A stretch of DNA of 36,110 nucleotides from a virus. The notes below the pieces were generated by a model. The model saw only the letters and a program-made list of their open reading frames with translations. It ran no database searches and was not told where the DNA came from. Positions 20,317-28,923 of this stretch are shown here, piece after piece. Position 1 is the stretch's first letter; each line of letters begins with the position of its first letter. The stretch covers positions 1 to 36,110 of IMG/VR virus record IMGVR_UViG_2681812966_000001. One strand, written 5' to 3'. A program made the position numbers and the translations under genes.

Positions 20317-20750
20317 TCTCTAAACTCAATATCATCTAATTCATCATCAAGTTCATCAATCTCAGAAGGCTCAACTTTATCAGTATAAGATTTTAAATCA
20401 CTGAAAGGATCAGGCTTATCAAAATTAATATTAGTATCATTACTAGTTTTCAAACGCTTCTCAATAACATAAGTATCCGGATCAGTAACCTCCAACAAAT
20501 ACTTACTAGTCCACGGATTATCACTCTCATTCAACTTATTAACATGAAACGCAACAAACTTAGCCTTAGCCCGCAACAAATCCAAATAAAACTGCCTATA
20601 CTTACCACTCTTAGCCTTCTCACCCTTCTTCTTCCAATAATAAATAGTATTACTATGAATACCTGCAAGTTCAGCAGCATACTTCAAAGGCAAACCATTC
20701 TCATAGTAAGTTAAAACTTGACTTCTAATTTCATCAGTAAATTTTACCAT
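20313..20750 (-). CDS. terS: Terminase small subunit
   Basis: N-terminal HTH (LKYAAELAGIHSNTIYYWKKKG), WTSKYLLE motif; ATGA-coupled to TerL. Confidence 0.85.
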   Translation of the reverse strand: MVKFTDEIRSQVLTYYENGLPLKYAAELAGIHSNTIYYWKKKGEKAKSGKYRQFYLDLLRAKAKFVAFHVNKLNESDNPWTSKYLLEVTDPDTYVIEKRLKTSNDTNINFDKPDPFSDLKSYTDKVEPSEIDELDDELDDIEFRE

Positions 20751-20802
20751 AATTGTGACTCCTTTCTATTTAATATAGTACACAAAAGTAGTATTATTAT
20801 TT

Positions 20803-21942
20803 TTATAGTTTGACTGCTTTTTCCCCAGTAAAACTTTCCCATCGGTTAATGATAACTTGGCAATAATAATGGTCTAGTTCCATCATGTAACAGTTACGGT
20901 TAGTTTGTTCACAAGCTATTAATGTACTTCCACTACCACCAAATAAATCAAGTATATTTTCTTTTTCATTTGAGAAATGTTTTATAAACTCTAATGGGAG
21001 TGTTATGTTTTTGCAATGTTTATGATTGAAATTATGTTCTTGAGTTTTAGATGTTTTTGGTGATTCAATTAGTGTTGTGAAGTGGTCGTTTAAGTTATTA
21101 AATGTTGTTGGTGGTTCTTTTCTGAAATGTCCTATAAAATCTACTTGTGTCATTGGAGCATTTGAATTGATTAAACGAGCTACTTTGAAGTCTACTGCGA
21201 ATAATCTTCTGAAATATTTATCATATTTTACTATGATGTGTGCTAATTTTCTTTCATTTGTCATTATAAAAATTTCTGCATTTGCTTTTGCATTTTTAAA
21301 AATGAGGGTAGAATAATTATCTTCTAAATCATATGGAGGGTCTGTGAATACGAGGTCTGCTTTAGTATTATTCATTAGTTTTTGTACATCTTCTTCTATT
21401 GTACTATCTCCACACATTAACCTGTGATTTCCAAGTGAGTATATTTCTCCATGTTTTACATTTACTTCTATTTCTTCCTTGTCTGGTATTTCGTAATCCT
21501 CTTCAACAATAATATCATCTGTTGTTTCTTCTTCGGTGTTTAGGTTTAGGTTTAGGTTTAGTTCGTTAAGTTCTAGGGTATCAAAACCTGTGAGTGTTAG
21601 GTCTAATCCTTTTAGTTTGAGCTCTTGGAAAACTTTTTCAAGTTTAGGTAAGTCAAAATCTCCACTTATTTTGTTAAGTGCAACATTCAATGCTTTTTCA
21701 CGCTCTAAACTTGGTTCATTGATGAATATAACATCAACTTCATTATAACCCATGTTTTTTAATGCATTGTATCTTTGGTTTCCTCCAACTATATGATTAT
21801 TATGTTTGTTTACTATGAGTGGGTCTACATAACCAAACTCTTTTAAACTGTTTTCTAGTTTCTCCATATCCTCAGGTGTGATATAACGAGGATTATAGTC
21901 GGGGCTTATTAGTTCAGTTATTTTAACAGTTTCAATCTTCAT
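20803..21942 (-). CDS. ParB-like domain fused to N6/N4 DNA methyltransferase
   Basis: N-terminal YNPR..SLKEFGYVDPLIVN..VGGNQR (ParB/Srx); DPPY catalytic motif; LDLFGGSGSTLIACEQ..MELD SAM-binding motif. Confidence 0.92.
   Translation of the reverse strand: MKIETVKITELISPDYNPRYITPEDMEKLENSLKEFGYVDPLIVNKHNNHIVGGNQRYNALKNMGYNEVDVIFINEPSLEREKALNVALNKISGDFDLPKLEKVFQELKLKGLDLTLTGFDTLELNELNLNLNLNTEEETTDDIIVEEDYEIPDKEEIEVNVKHGEIYSLGNHRLMCGDSTIEEDVQKLMNNTKADLVFTDPPYDLEDNYSTLIFKNAKANAEIFIMTNERKLAHIIVKYDKYFRRLFAVDFKVARLINSNAPMTQVDFIGHFRKEPPTTFNNLNDHFTTLIESPKTSKTQEHNFNHKHCKNITLPLEFIKHFSNEKENILDLFGGSGSTLIACEQTNRNCYMMELDHYYCQVIINRWESFTGEKAVKL
21538..21561. repeat. Microsatellite (GTTTAG)x4 encoding LNLNLNLN in MTase linker
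   Basis: Direct reading of sequence. Confidence 0.9.
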
Positions 21943-21974
21943 TAAAAAATCCCTTCACTTCAAAATTTTATTTA

Positions 21975-22310
21975 TTAGAATAATTTTAATTGTATTAATA
22001 TGCTTATTGCACTAATAATTATAGTAATAATTGTAAAAACCAGTGGTAGTATGTATTTTAGTGTTTTCATTGTAGCAGTTAGTTCTATTAGTTTGTTTTC
22101 TACGCAGTCTAGTTTGTAACTATCTTCTTCTCTTATCTTTAACGTGTTACTTAGTTCTGTTACTGCTACTGTTAATTGTTTAATATCTTCCTTGACTTCT
22201 TTATTATCTTGGAGTATTGAATCCATTTTCTCGTCTTTATAGCTTACTTTTTCTTCTAGTTTCACTATTCTTGCTTCGTTTTCACAAATGTTTATTAGGT
22301 TTTTTGGCAT
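21975..22310 (-). CDS. Coiled-coil protein with C-terminal transmembrane helix (holin/XhlA-like candidate)
   Basis: Heptad-rich N-terminus; hydrophobic YILPLVFTIITIIISAISILI tail. Confidence 0.55.
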   Translation of the reverse strand: MPKNLINICENEARIVKLEEKVSYKDEKMDSILQDNKEVKEDIKQLTVAVTELSNTLKIREEDSYKLDCVENKLIELTATMKTLKYILPLVFTIITIIISAISILIQLKLF

Positions 22311-22999
22311 CTATCATATCTCCATAAGAATTATGTTGTGTTTCTTTTATTATTTGTGAAAAAGCAATTAAAAAAAAAAAGTTAAAAATTATATTTTTTG
22401 GGATAAAATAACCCCCTACTAAAATTAATTTATTAAGGAGGAAAAAAATAATGATTATATTCTTATATATTATTTTAGTGACTATTTTTTTTAGATTAAA
22501 AAAATTTAGAATAAATTATTATAAATGAGAGAATAAAATTATTCAATATTCTTTTAATTATACATATTTTAGCAATTTAATGGTACTATGCGTGTTTTTA
22601 TTATAAGAATATATTTTTAATGTGTTTAATTTGTGTTTAAAAAAAATGAAAGAAAAAACCAATATACTTTTTTATTAAACTCTATTCTTTTTTTGTTTGA
22701 AAATTTGGCAGGAAAAAAAACAAAAAAATAATTTTATTTTATAATGTTCAATAAAAAAATATGCTTCATGTTTGATTTGATTTAAATAAAAAAGGTAGGA
22801 AAATACATGATTAACGGATTTAAAAAAAATATTATAAAAATATAAGAATATTAAATCAGTATCTCTCATATAATTTATTCATCTCTTTTTATATTCTATC
22901 AAAAAATTCACTTTAAATAATAATATAATATAATCATCACCAATATTCCCTTTATATTCATATAATAGGAGGTTATTTTATCCCAACAATTCAAATATT
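22311..22999. promoter_or_regulatory. Long AT-rich intergenic region; likely early-region terminator plus late-operon promoter
   Basis: About 690 bp with A/T tracts and no credible ORF, directly upstream of packaging/structural genes. Confidence 0.45.
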
Positions 23000-23194
23000 T
23001 TATTTTATCTTTGTAATGTAAATCAGCCTTTTACCATTCACAATATAACCACAAGGATACCTCATAACACTAGGTACACCTTGAAGCACAAGTCCACAAT
23101 CTTTACAGTAAGTTTCATCTTCAAGGAAGCATAAGTTAAGACTCCCACAATGTCGGCAGCTTATCGATTTGTTCCTCTTTTTTGTAGAAGTCAT
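23000..23194 (-). CDS. TFIIB-type zinc-ribbon protein
   Basis: CRHCGSLNL..ETYCKDCGLVL resembles the TFB N-terminal ribbon CPxCGS..xCxxCGLVL. Confidence 0.75.
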   Translation of the reverse strand: MTSTKKRNKSISCRHCGSLNLCFLEDETYCKDCGLVLQGVPSVMRYPCGYIVNGKRLIYITKIK

Positions 23195-23435
23195 AACTTT
23201 TACGATGCTCCTAATTTATAGTATTTGACTATTTTTCTCTATTAAGGAAAAAATATGCAATGAATTACTTCATAATATCCTTGGATAAAAGATATATTAT
23301 AAAATGGTATTTATTTTAGGTCTATTTATTATCCAAAAATTTATAGAGGAGGAAAATAAAATTATAAATAAATGTTTCCCCTCACTATATATGTTCTCAT
23401 AATTTAGAAAAATTTTTAAATATTCTACTAAATTT

Positions 23436-23768
23436 TTATGGAGTATCAGGAACCTCCTCAACAGGATAATTTTTATCATAAATATAATACAATGCAGCCC
23501 ACCTTAATAACTGACCCTCAGTATTATCACAATTACCTATCTTAGCCTCTCTATATTCTTTTTTAAATTTAATATTTAAGAAGAAAGTACTTTTATCACT
23601 AAATATGAACCATTGGACAAATTCATCAAAACTACTTAATTCTCTATGAACCAGACAAGCACGACCTCCTTTTTTTGCAAGGCATCCTATAATATTTTCA
23701 ACAGTACCAAACTTTTCAATTACTTCCTCTATTTCTTTATCTATTTCTTCCTTAGATTTCACTATCAT
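23436..23768 (-). CDS. Hypothetical protein
   Basis: 110 aa on main strand with natural composition. Confidence 0.7.
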   Translation of the reverse strand: MIVKSKEEIDKEIEEVIEKFGTVENIIGCLAKKGGRACLVHRELSSFDEFVQWFIFSDKSTFFLNIKFKKEYREAKIGNCDNTEGQLLRWAALYYIYDKNYPVEEVPDTP

Positions 23769-23784
23769 AAAAAAAACAATTATA

Positions 23785-24063
23785 TTAAATTTTCAATCTT
23801 TTCAATTCAGATCTAACACTCCAAAACTCCTTATTAAAATCCTCATTACGATGACAACTACAACTAGTCCCTTTACTACCCAACATAGTTAAAGCCTTTT
23901 TATTAACATTACCTTGCTTATGCTTGTAATAGTATCTCATACTACTTTTTGCCCAAATTTCCCTCCTCTTATTATCTTGACATTCCTTAGAACAACATAC
24001 TTGCCTATTACTTTTCTTTATGAATAGTTGCCCGCACCATTCACACTTACTTAAAACAATCAT
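23785..24063 (-). CDS. Basic Cys-motif (Zn-binding) protein
   Basis: CEWCGQLFIKKSNRQVCCSKEC; GAGGAG RBS. Confidence 0.75.
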   Translation of the reverse strand: MIVLSKCEWCGQLFIKKSNRQVCCSKECQDNKRREIWAKSSMRYYYKHKQGNVNKKALTMLGSKGTSCSCHRNEDFNKEFWSVRSELKRLKI

Positions 24064-24152
24064 AAAGTTGTTATCTCCTCTATTCCATTCGGATTATCTA
24101 ATCTTGCTTTTAAAATTTTGTAAAAACTTTTTTAAAATCTTTTTAGTATTAA

Positions 24153-24209
24153 TCATTCTATATCAAACTCCAATATTACTTGTTCATCTAATTCAAATCT
24201 TTTACTCAT
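24153..24209 (-). pseudogene. 18-aa mini-ORF MSKRFELDEQVILEFDIE; truncated paralogue of 26449..26688
   Basis: GAGGTG RBS; 27 bp identical to the 5' end of 26449..26688. Confidence 0.45.
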
Positions 24210-24226
24210 TATTAACACCTCATTCA

Positions 24227-24607
24227 CTATTCATATTCCATCAGAATATATTTTTTTTTAGAATATCCTTTCAAATCAACAGTAATATCAATATACTCCT
24301 CACCATAATCAGCATCTAACTCAATATATTCCGAGTCTATTTGTGCTGCTTCTGAAAACATTTTTTTTAATTCATGACAAAAATCATCATTATTAATTAA
24401 ATTTTCACCAAAAGAACTAGTCCAAAGTTTAAAAAATAAACTAGTATAACGATAATCATCATTAGGATAAGGGAATTCTATAAGTTGTCTAATCTTCAAT
24501 GGTAATTTCCTCATTATTTTATTACGTAAAGCTTTACAATAACTCTCATATTCTTTATGAAGATGTAAACTTTGTTTTCCTAATGTTCTTGCACTCTGAC
24601 CACTCAT
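24227..24607 (-). CDS. Hypothetical protein
   Basis: ATGA-coupled to upstream gene. Confidence 0.7.
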   Translation of the reverse strand: MSGQSARTLGKQSLHLHKEYESYCKALRNKIMRKLPLKIRQLIEFPYPNDDYRYTSLFFKLWTSSFGENLINNDDFCHELKKMFSEAAQIDSEYIELDADYGEEYIDITVDLKGYSKKKYILMEYE

Positions 24608-25056
24608 TGTTTCACCTTCCTTATTTCAATATTTGGATCATATTTTTCTTTTGAATAATAAAATGCTGAACCAAGATGACCTACATTATGAGGCCTCATC
24701 TTAGAAGTTAGAAAATTAAGACACCATATAAATTCTTCATGTTCACTCCAACCACCTGTAGCCATCATTACTAATCCATTCTCTTCTTTTACAATACCAT
24801 AATCAGATAATTTATGTTTACTATATTCTACAACACCATCAAAACCATTAGCATCATAAATACTATTAATTTGCCCAATTTCATATTTATCATAAGTATC
24901 TAATCTTCTAATTTTAATTTCTTCTTGAAGTTCTAAAATTTCCTCATATAATGAATTTAATAAACCAAGCAGACTAACAGGATAATAATATGTTTTCTTC
25001 GTAAGAGTATCAAAAACACTAAGATTCACACTTTTTAAGAATCTTTTAACCATCAT
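24604..25056 (-). CDS. Hypothetical protein
   Basis: 150 aa; MATGGWSEHEE motif; tight operon packing. Confidence 0.75.
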   Translation of the reverse strand: MMVKRFLKSVNLSVFDTLTKKTYYYPVSLLGLLNSLYEEILELQEEIKIRRLDTYDKYEIGQINSIYDANGFDGVVEYSKHKLSDYGIVKEENGLVMMATGGWSEHEEFIWCLNFLTSKMRPHNVGHLGSAFYYSKEKYDPNIEIRKVKQ

Positions 25057-25248
25057 TCACCATCTCCTATTTTTAATCATCTTGTCTGATGATTGTAGTT
25101 TGCAGTAACTTTCACTAAAGCTACCACATTGGTAAGAATTAGTACAATCCTTACATCTTGCAATATCATCTACTTTTTTACGTTTATAATATTCTTTTCT
25201 TGCTTTTTTCATTTCTAAAAAATAGTCAGTTCCTTCTTTTTTATTCAT
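25057..25248 (-). CDS. Small Cys-rich protein
   Basis: CKDC..C..C; abuts both neighbours. Confidence 0.65.
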   Translation of the reverse strand: MNKKEGTDYFLEMKKARKEYYKRKKVDDIARCKDCTNSYQCGSFSESYCKLQSSDKMIKNRRW

Positions 25249-25249
25249 T

Positions 25250-25483
25250 TTATACTTCCTCCCACTTCATTATAGGTTTTTTAATTCCATGACCACAACA
25301 AACTGATGTTGCTCCTTCAATATGCCCAACACATGAGTCATATCCTTCATTTGTTGCCATTCGACCACATCTTGCACAAGGTCTTTCAACACTTGTAGAA
25401 GAATTATCATCACAATAAAGCCATTCTCCTAATTCTTCATTGTAATAAACTTTATGACCCCTATTATAACTTGTTGCGACCAT
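25250..25483 (-). CDS. Cys/His-rich hypothetical protein of a type common in phages
   Basis: RPCARCG..EGYDSCVGHI..CCGHG; start at 25483 has a GGAGGG RBS. Confidence 0.75.
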   Translation of the reverse strand: MVATSYNRGHKVYYNEELGEWLYCDDNSSTSVERPCARCGRMATNEGYDSCVGHIEGATSVCCGHGIKKPIMKWEEV

Positions 25484-25563
25484 TATAACCCTCCATGCGT
25501 TTATTATGTTTTTTAATAATCCTAGCAATTTCTTCAAAAATCAACCTTTTAAATTCTTCATAA

Positions 25564-26052
25564 TTAAATTTCCTCATAATAATCATCCATTACTTTTAGT
25601 ATCCTTTCATAGATTTCATGAATAGATTCTGATTCTATTTCCAAACATTCCCCTTCAATACGGTTTTCATCAAATAACATTAAACATAATTTTATAATAT
25701 CTAACTCTTCAAAAACAGTTTCATTTTTCTTTTCAAATATTTTAAATTCATCAACAGTTTCTTCGTATTTTGAATATAATTCATGAATACGTTCTTCAAT
25801 CTCTTTAGTCTCTAAATACTCCTCCCCAAATGCTACATCAATAGCTTTACTTAAACAATCAAAGTATTTGAATGCTATTCTTGTCTTATTTTGCCAGTAA
25901 TTCCTACTTTTTGTTAATTTTATTATCTGTTCTCTGTAGTCGTTAAGTAAATCAACAACCTCTTCAGTACCCATATATTCCCCATTATCTGCCACCTGAC
26001 AAATCTCTTCACTTTCCCCTTCTAATGAAAATCTTTTAGACATCATTATCAT
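25564..26052 (-). CDS. Hypothetical coiled-coil protein
   Basis: Acidic helical ORF; GGAGA RBS. Confidence 0.72.
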   Translation of the reverse strand: MIMMSKRFSLEGESEEICQVADNGEYMGTEEVVDLLNDYREQIIKLTKSRNYWQNKTRIAFKYFDCLSKAIDVAFGEEYLETKEIEERIHELYSKYEETVDEFKIFEKKNETVFEELDIIKLCLMLFDENRIEGECLEIESESIHEIYERILKVMDDYYEEI

Positions 26053-26233
26053 CTCCCAATAAATAGTATGCCATCCTTCTTTCTAATATTTCCAAATGCT
26101 CACTCATTTTATCAAAAAGTTTCTCATAACAATCCTCTTTAGGGAATAGAAAAATCAATCTACCTCTAATAAGCAAAGTTTCAGAATATTCTACACATAA
26201 TTGATTAAAAATTTGTCTTTCAGTTTCTCTCAT
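26036..26233 (-). CDS. Hypothetical protein
   Basis: Start MRETERQ at 26233 follows a GGTGGTGA RBS and removes most of the overlap. Confidence 0.6.
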   Translation of the reverse strand: MRETERQIFNQLCVEYSETLLIRGRLIFLFPKEDCYEKLFDKMSEHLEILERRMAYYLLGDDNDV

Positions 26234-26456
26234 CTTCACCACCAACCCATTTGATGTATTCTTTGAAATATATTCCTTCAGTATCTTCAATTAAAGATAC
26301 TATTTTTTCTGCAAATAACTTGTTAAACTCTGTATTCCCTGTATGAATAGTTACGATAGAATAATCATTTTCTCTATCTATGATAACAAATTTACTACTT
26401 CCTTGACAATAAGCTTTAAATCTTTTTATCATAGCAGTATTAATCTCTTTAGTCAT
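26220..26456 (-). CDS. Hypothetical protein
   Basis: Overlapping start/stop with neighbours. Confidence 0.65.
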   Translation of the reverse strand: MTKEINTAMIKRFKAYCQGSSKFVIIDRENDYSIVTIHTGNTEFNKLFAEKIVSLIEDTEGIYFKEYIKWVGGEDERN

Positions 26457-26688
26457 TTCTTAACCCCTTACTAAAGTCTAATCTAAATACATTTTCCATT
26501 TCCTTATTATCTGCTGCATATAATCCATCAAGACTATTAAGCTCATGCTCTAATTCATCAATCCTCCTTTCTTGAGCATTTAATAATTCAAGAATTTTAT
26601 ACAAACCAATTTCCTCACCATTATCAACAATAAACTGGCGAGTTCTACTAATACCTACTTGTTCATCTAATTCAAATCTTTTTTTCAT
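26449..26688 (-). CDS. Hypothetical coiled-coil protein
   Basis: AGGTGA RBS; LLNAQERRIDELEHEL heptads. Confidence 0.72.
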   Translation of the reverse strand: MKKRFELDEQVGISRTRQFIVDNGEEIGLYKILELLNAQERRIDELEHELNSLDGLYAADNKEMENVFRLDFSKGLRND

Positions 26689-26757
26689 AATTAATCACCT
26701 ACTTCATATAAATTTTATTAAATTTTTATAAAAAATTATAGAGGAGAAAAAATAAAA

Positions 26758-27360
26758 TTATCCTCCTCCATCTTTAAACATTTTATTTCTCTTAAACATT
26801 ACTAACAATAATAATGAAGCAATTGTTAAGAATAATACTAATAAAGGATTACCAGTTGCATAATCCTCTAACTTATTCACAACATCAGTATCATTATCAT
26901 CATCAATTACAACTATACCCTCTAATTCAGCAGTACCATCACCAACAAAATCATCAGTAATATTATCTGTCAAATCCAATGTTTCCACATCCTCCTCTAT
27001 ATCTTCCAGGTTAATAGTTTCATTATCGGACATTTGAGAACCATTAGAAATAATTTGAATTATAGTAGTATTATTTGCTTCCTGAATTATTTGTTCCTCC
27101 TCAACTACAGTAGTATTAGTATTATTTTCTTCTACAGGTGTATTTGGTTCTTCCTCAACAGGAACTACAGGAGGATTACATTTAATATTAATTTTATTCT
27201 CCTTTTTATCTTTACATTTACCTTTACCTTTAATTTTTTCTTCATTTATTTTCTTATCCAATTTAGAATCATCCTTGTCCCATTCACAAGCACCAACAGA
27301 ACCAAGAACAACACCAAGAACAAACATTGCCAAAACGACAACACATAATATTTTTTTCAT
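26758..27360 (-). CDS. Secreted, C-terminally anchored surface protein (mini adhesin-like)
   Basis: Signal peptide MKKILCVVVLAMFVLGVVLGSVGA; acidic low-complexity stalk; ATGNPLLVLFLTIASLLLLVMFKR anchor. Confidence 0.8.
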   Translation of the reverse strand: MKKILCVVVLAMFVLGVVLGSVGACEWDKDDSKLDKKINEEKIKGKGKCKDKKENKINIKCNPPVVPVEEEPNTPVEENNTNTTVVEEEQIIQEANNTTIIQIISNGSQMSDNETINLEDIEEDVETLDLTDNITDDFVGDGTAELEGIVVIDDDNDTDVVNKLEDYATGNPLLVLFLTIASLLLLVMFKRNKMFKDGGG

Positions 27361-27378
27361 ATTTTTACACCTCTTCTA

Positions 27379-27642
27379 TTATTCTATGTAGTACATTCTA
27401 CGACCAGAATTAGGAAACTCAGTAACAGACTTTATACAACTCATAAAATTATTACCATTATCCTTTCTAATATGCTCTGTAATCATCATACTTACCTCCA
27501 TATTAGTAACACCACCACGAATACCAAAATCATTACTCGTAATCCATTGACTAATTTCTTTACTACCATGCTTACCGTTATGGGTCAGCAAGAAAGCTTT
27601 AATCAAACATTTAATTTTAGCCTTATCATACTTATTAACCAT
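27379..27642 (-). CDS. Putative winged-helix DNA-binding protein
   Basis: SKEISQWI..TNMEVSMMI helices followed by a wing-like SGRRMYYI. Confidence 0.5.
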   Translation of the reverse strand: MVNKYDKAKIKCLIKAFLLTHNGKHGSKEISQWITSNDFGIRGGVTNMEVSMMITEHIRKDNGNNFMSCIKSVTEFPNSGRRMYYIE

Positions 27643-27669
27643 AATTACATATCCTATCTAATTATTCAT

Positions 27670-28011
27670 TTACTTTTTAATTAACCTGAACTTTAACTTT
27701 AAAATCGGATCATCCAAATCAAATTTCTCTTCAACACTTGCTAAAAAATGAGGCATATAAAGGAAACCCATTTCTTGAATATCCTTATTTTTCAAGTGCC
27801 CAAATGTTGTCTTGGTAACTTTTTCAACACAAAGCATATAATCTCTAAAAGGAATGCCTTCAAAATGAATATTTAAACAATCACCTTTCTTAATACTCTT
27901 AGTATCTTCGTTAAAATGAATTATTGTTTTTGTAATGTCTCCATTAATAAGCGGAAATGATTGCACTCCATCGAAGTTAATACCAACAATCCTATTATCC
28001 GTAGTATTCAT
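27670..28011 (-). CDS. ASCH/PUA-like domain protein
   Basis: IKKGDCL..LCVEKVTKTTFGHLKNKDIQEMGF resembles ASCH; start 28011 is ATGA-coupled. Confidence 0.6.
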   Translation of the reverse strand: MNTTDNRIVGINFDGVQSFPLINGDITKTIIHFNEDTKSIKKGDCLNIHFEGIPFRDYMLCVEKVTKTTFGHLKNKDIQEMGFLYMPHFLASVEEKFDLDDPILKLKFRLIKK

Positions 28012-28151
28012 GATTTGCTCTCCCATTTATCACAAACAGTTAAACCACCATCCGCTTGGAATTCATCAACTTTTTCAAGTTTGCACCTAGTGAACAAATC
28101 AAAATTATCAAAATTTTTACACTGCCCACATAAAGACTTAACAACCAACAT
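28008..28151 (-). CDS. 47-aa four-Cys microprotein (not in ORF track)
   Basis: MLVVKSLCGQCKNFDNFDLFTRCKLEKVDEFQADGGLTVCDKWESKS; TAATG and ATGA overlaps at both ends. Confidence 0.7.
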   Translation of the reverse strand: MLVVKSLCGQCKNFDNFDLFTRCKLEKVDEFQADGGLTVCDKWESKS

Positions 28152-28336
28152 TATAGTGTTCCTCCTCGTTCTAACACTTCACGATACTTTCTGTATTTAC
28201 GAGTAGCAGCCTCAACACTACCACAATCACGAATAACTTTAATTTCATCCTTGAAGTAGATACTTATGATTCTACCTGTTCTATCACAGAACAATAAATC
28301 ATCCTTGTAGTTTTCTAAGACTTTTAAAAGCTCCAT
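28151..28336 (-). CDS. Hypothetical protein
   Basis: GAGGAGG RBS; coupled downstream. Confidence 0.65.
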   Translation of the reverse strand: MELLKVLENYKDDLLFCDRTGRIISIYFKDEIKVIRDCGSVEAATRKYRKYREVLERGGTL

Positions 28337-28362
28337 AACCTATGATTCCTCCTCTTTATTCA

Positions 28363-28656
28363 TTATTTTCTAATACGAATTTCTATATTCATAATACTAT
28401 CAATTTTGATAAGATAAATTATTTCCTTTAATGTTCCACTAACTTGGGTAGTATTTTCTTTAAAGTATAAATAAGATTCAGTTAACTCAATATCACTTAT
28501 ACTTCTAGTATAGATACTATCATCATTACAAAGATTAATACATAATACAGCATTCTCCGTTTTCTGAAACAAATTTATTAAATCCATTAATTTAAATAAA
28601 AATTTTTCATCACCTTTAGCCACATCTCTAAAATTATTAACATTACTAAACATCAA
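28363..28656 (-). CDS. Hypothetical protein
   Basis: 97 aa on main strand. Confidence 0.65.
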   Translation of the reverse strand: MMFSNVNNFRDVAKGDEKFLFKLMDLINLFQKTENAVLCINLCNDDSIYTRSISDIELTESYLYFKENTTQVSGTLKEIIYLIKIDSIMNIEIRIRK

Positions 28657-28662
28657 TAATCA

Positions 28663-28860
28663 CTACTCTCTCTTTTTTTCTTCATTAAAATCTGGTAATG
28701 GGCAATACTTGATTAAATCAGTATTACTGCCACTAAGCCTTAATTTAATACATCTACTTTTTTTATTTGCATCATACTCATTGTTAATGAAAAAAGGACA
28801 TTCATAACAATCTTCCACTATAGCAACTTTCATCATAAAATAATCACCGTTACTCATCAT
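28663..28860 (-). CDS. Small Cys-rich protein
   Basis: CYECPFF..CIKL..CPL. Confidence 0.65.
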   Translation of the reverse strand: MMSNGDYFMMKVAIVEDCYECPFFINNEYDANKKSRCIKLRLSGSNTDLIKYCPLPDFNEEKKRE

Positions 28861-28923
28861 TTTTTTCCTATTTTTTTTATCTTGTATCTATAACCCAATC
28901 CTCACAATCAGTTTTCTCCTCTT

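Noticed and set aside
21538-21561. Telomere-like TTTAGG repeats
   Set aside because: Only four units, in frame inside a coding linker.
22675-22869. 64-aa ORF in the AT-rich intergenic region (also 23297..23479 and 32527..32718)
   Set aside because: Low-complexity F/I/K/Y translations without a convincing RBS; probably chance ORFs.
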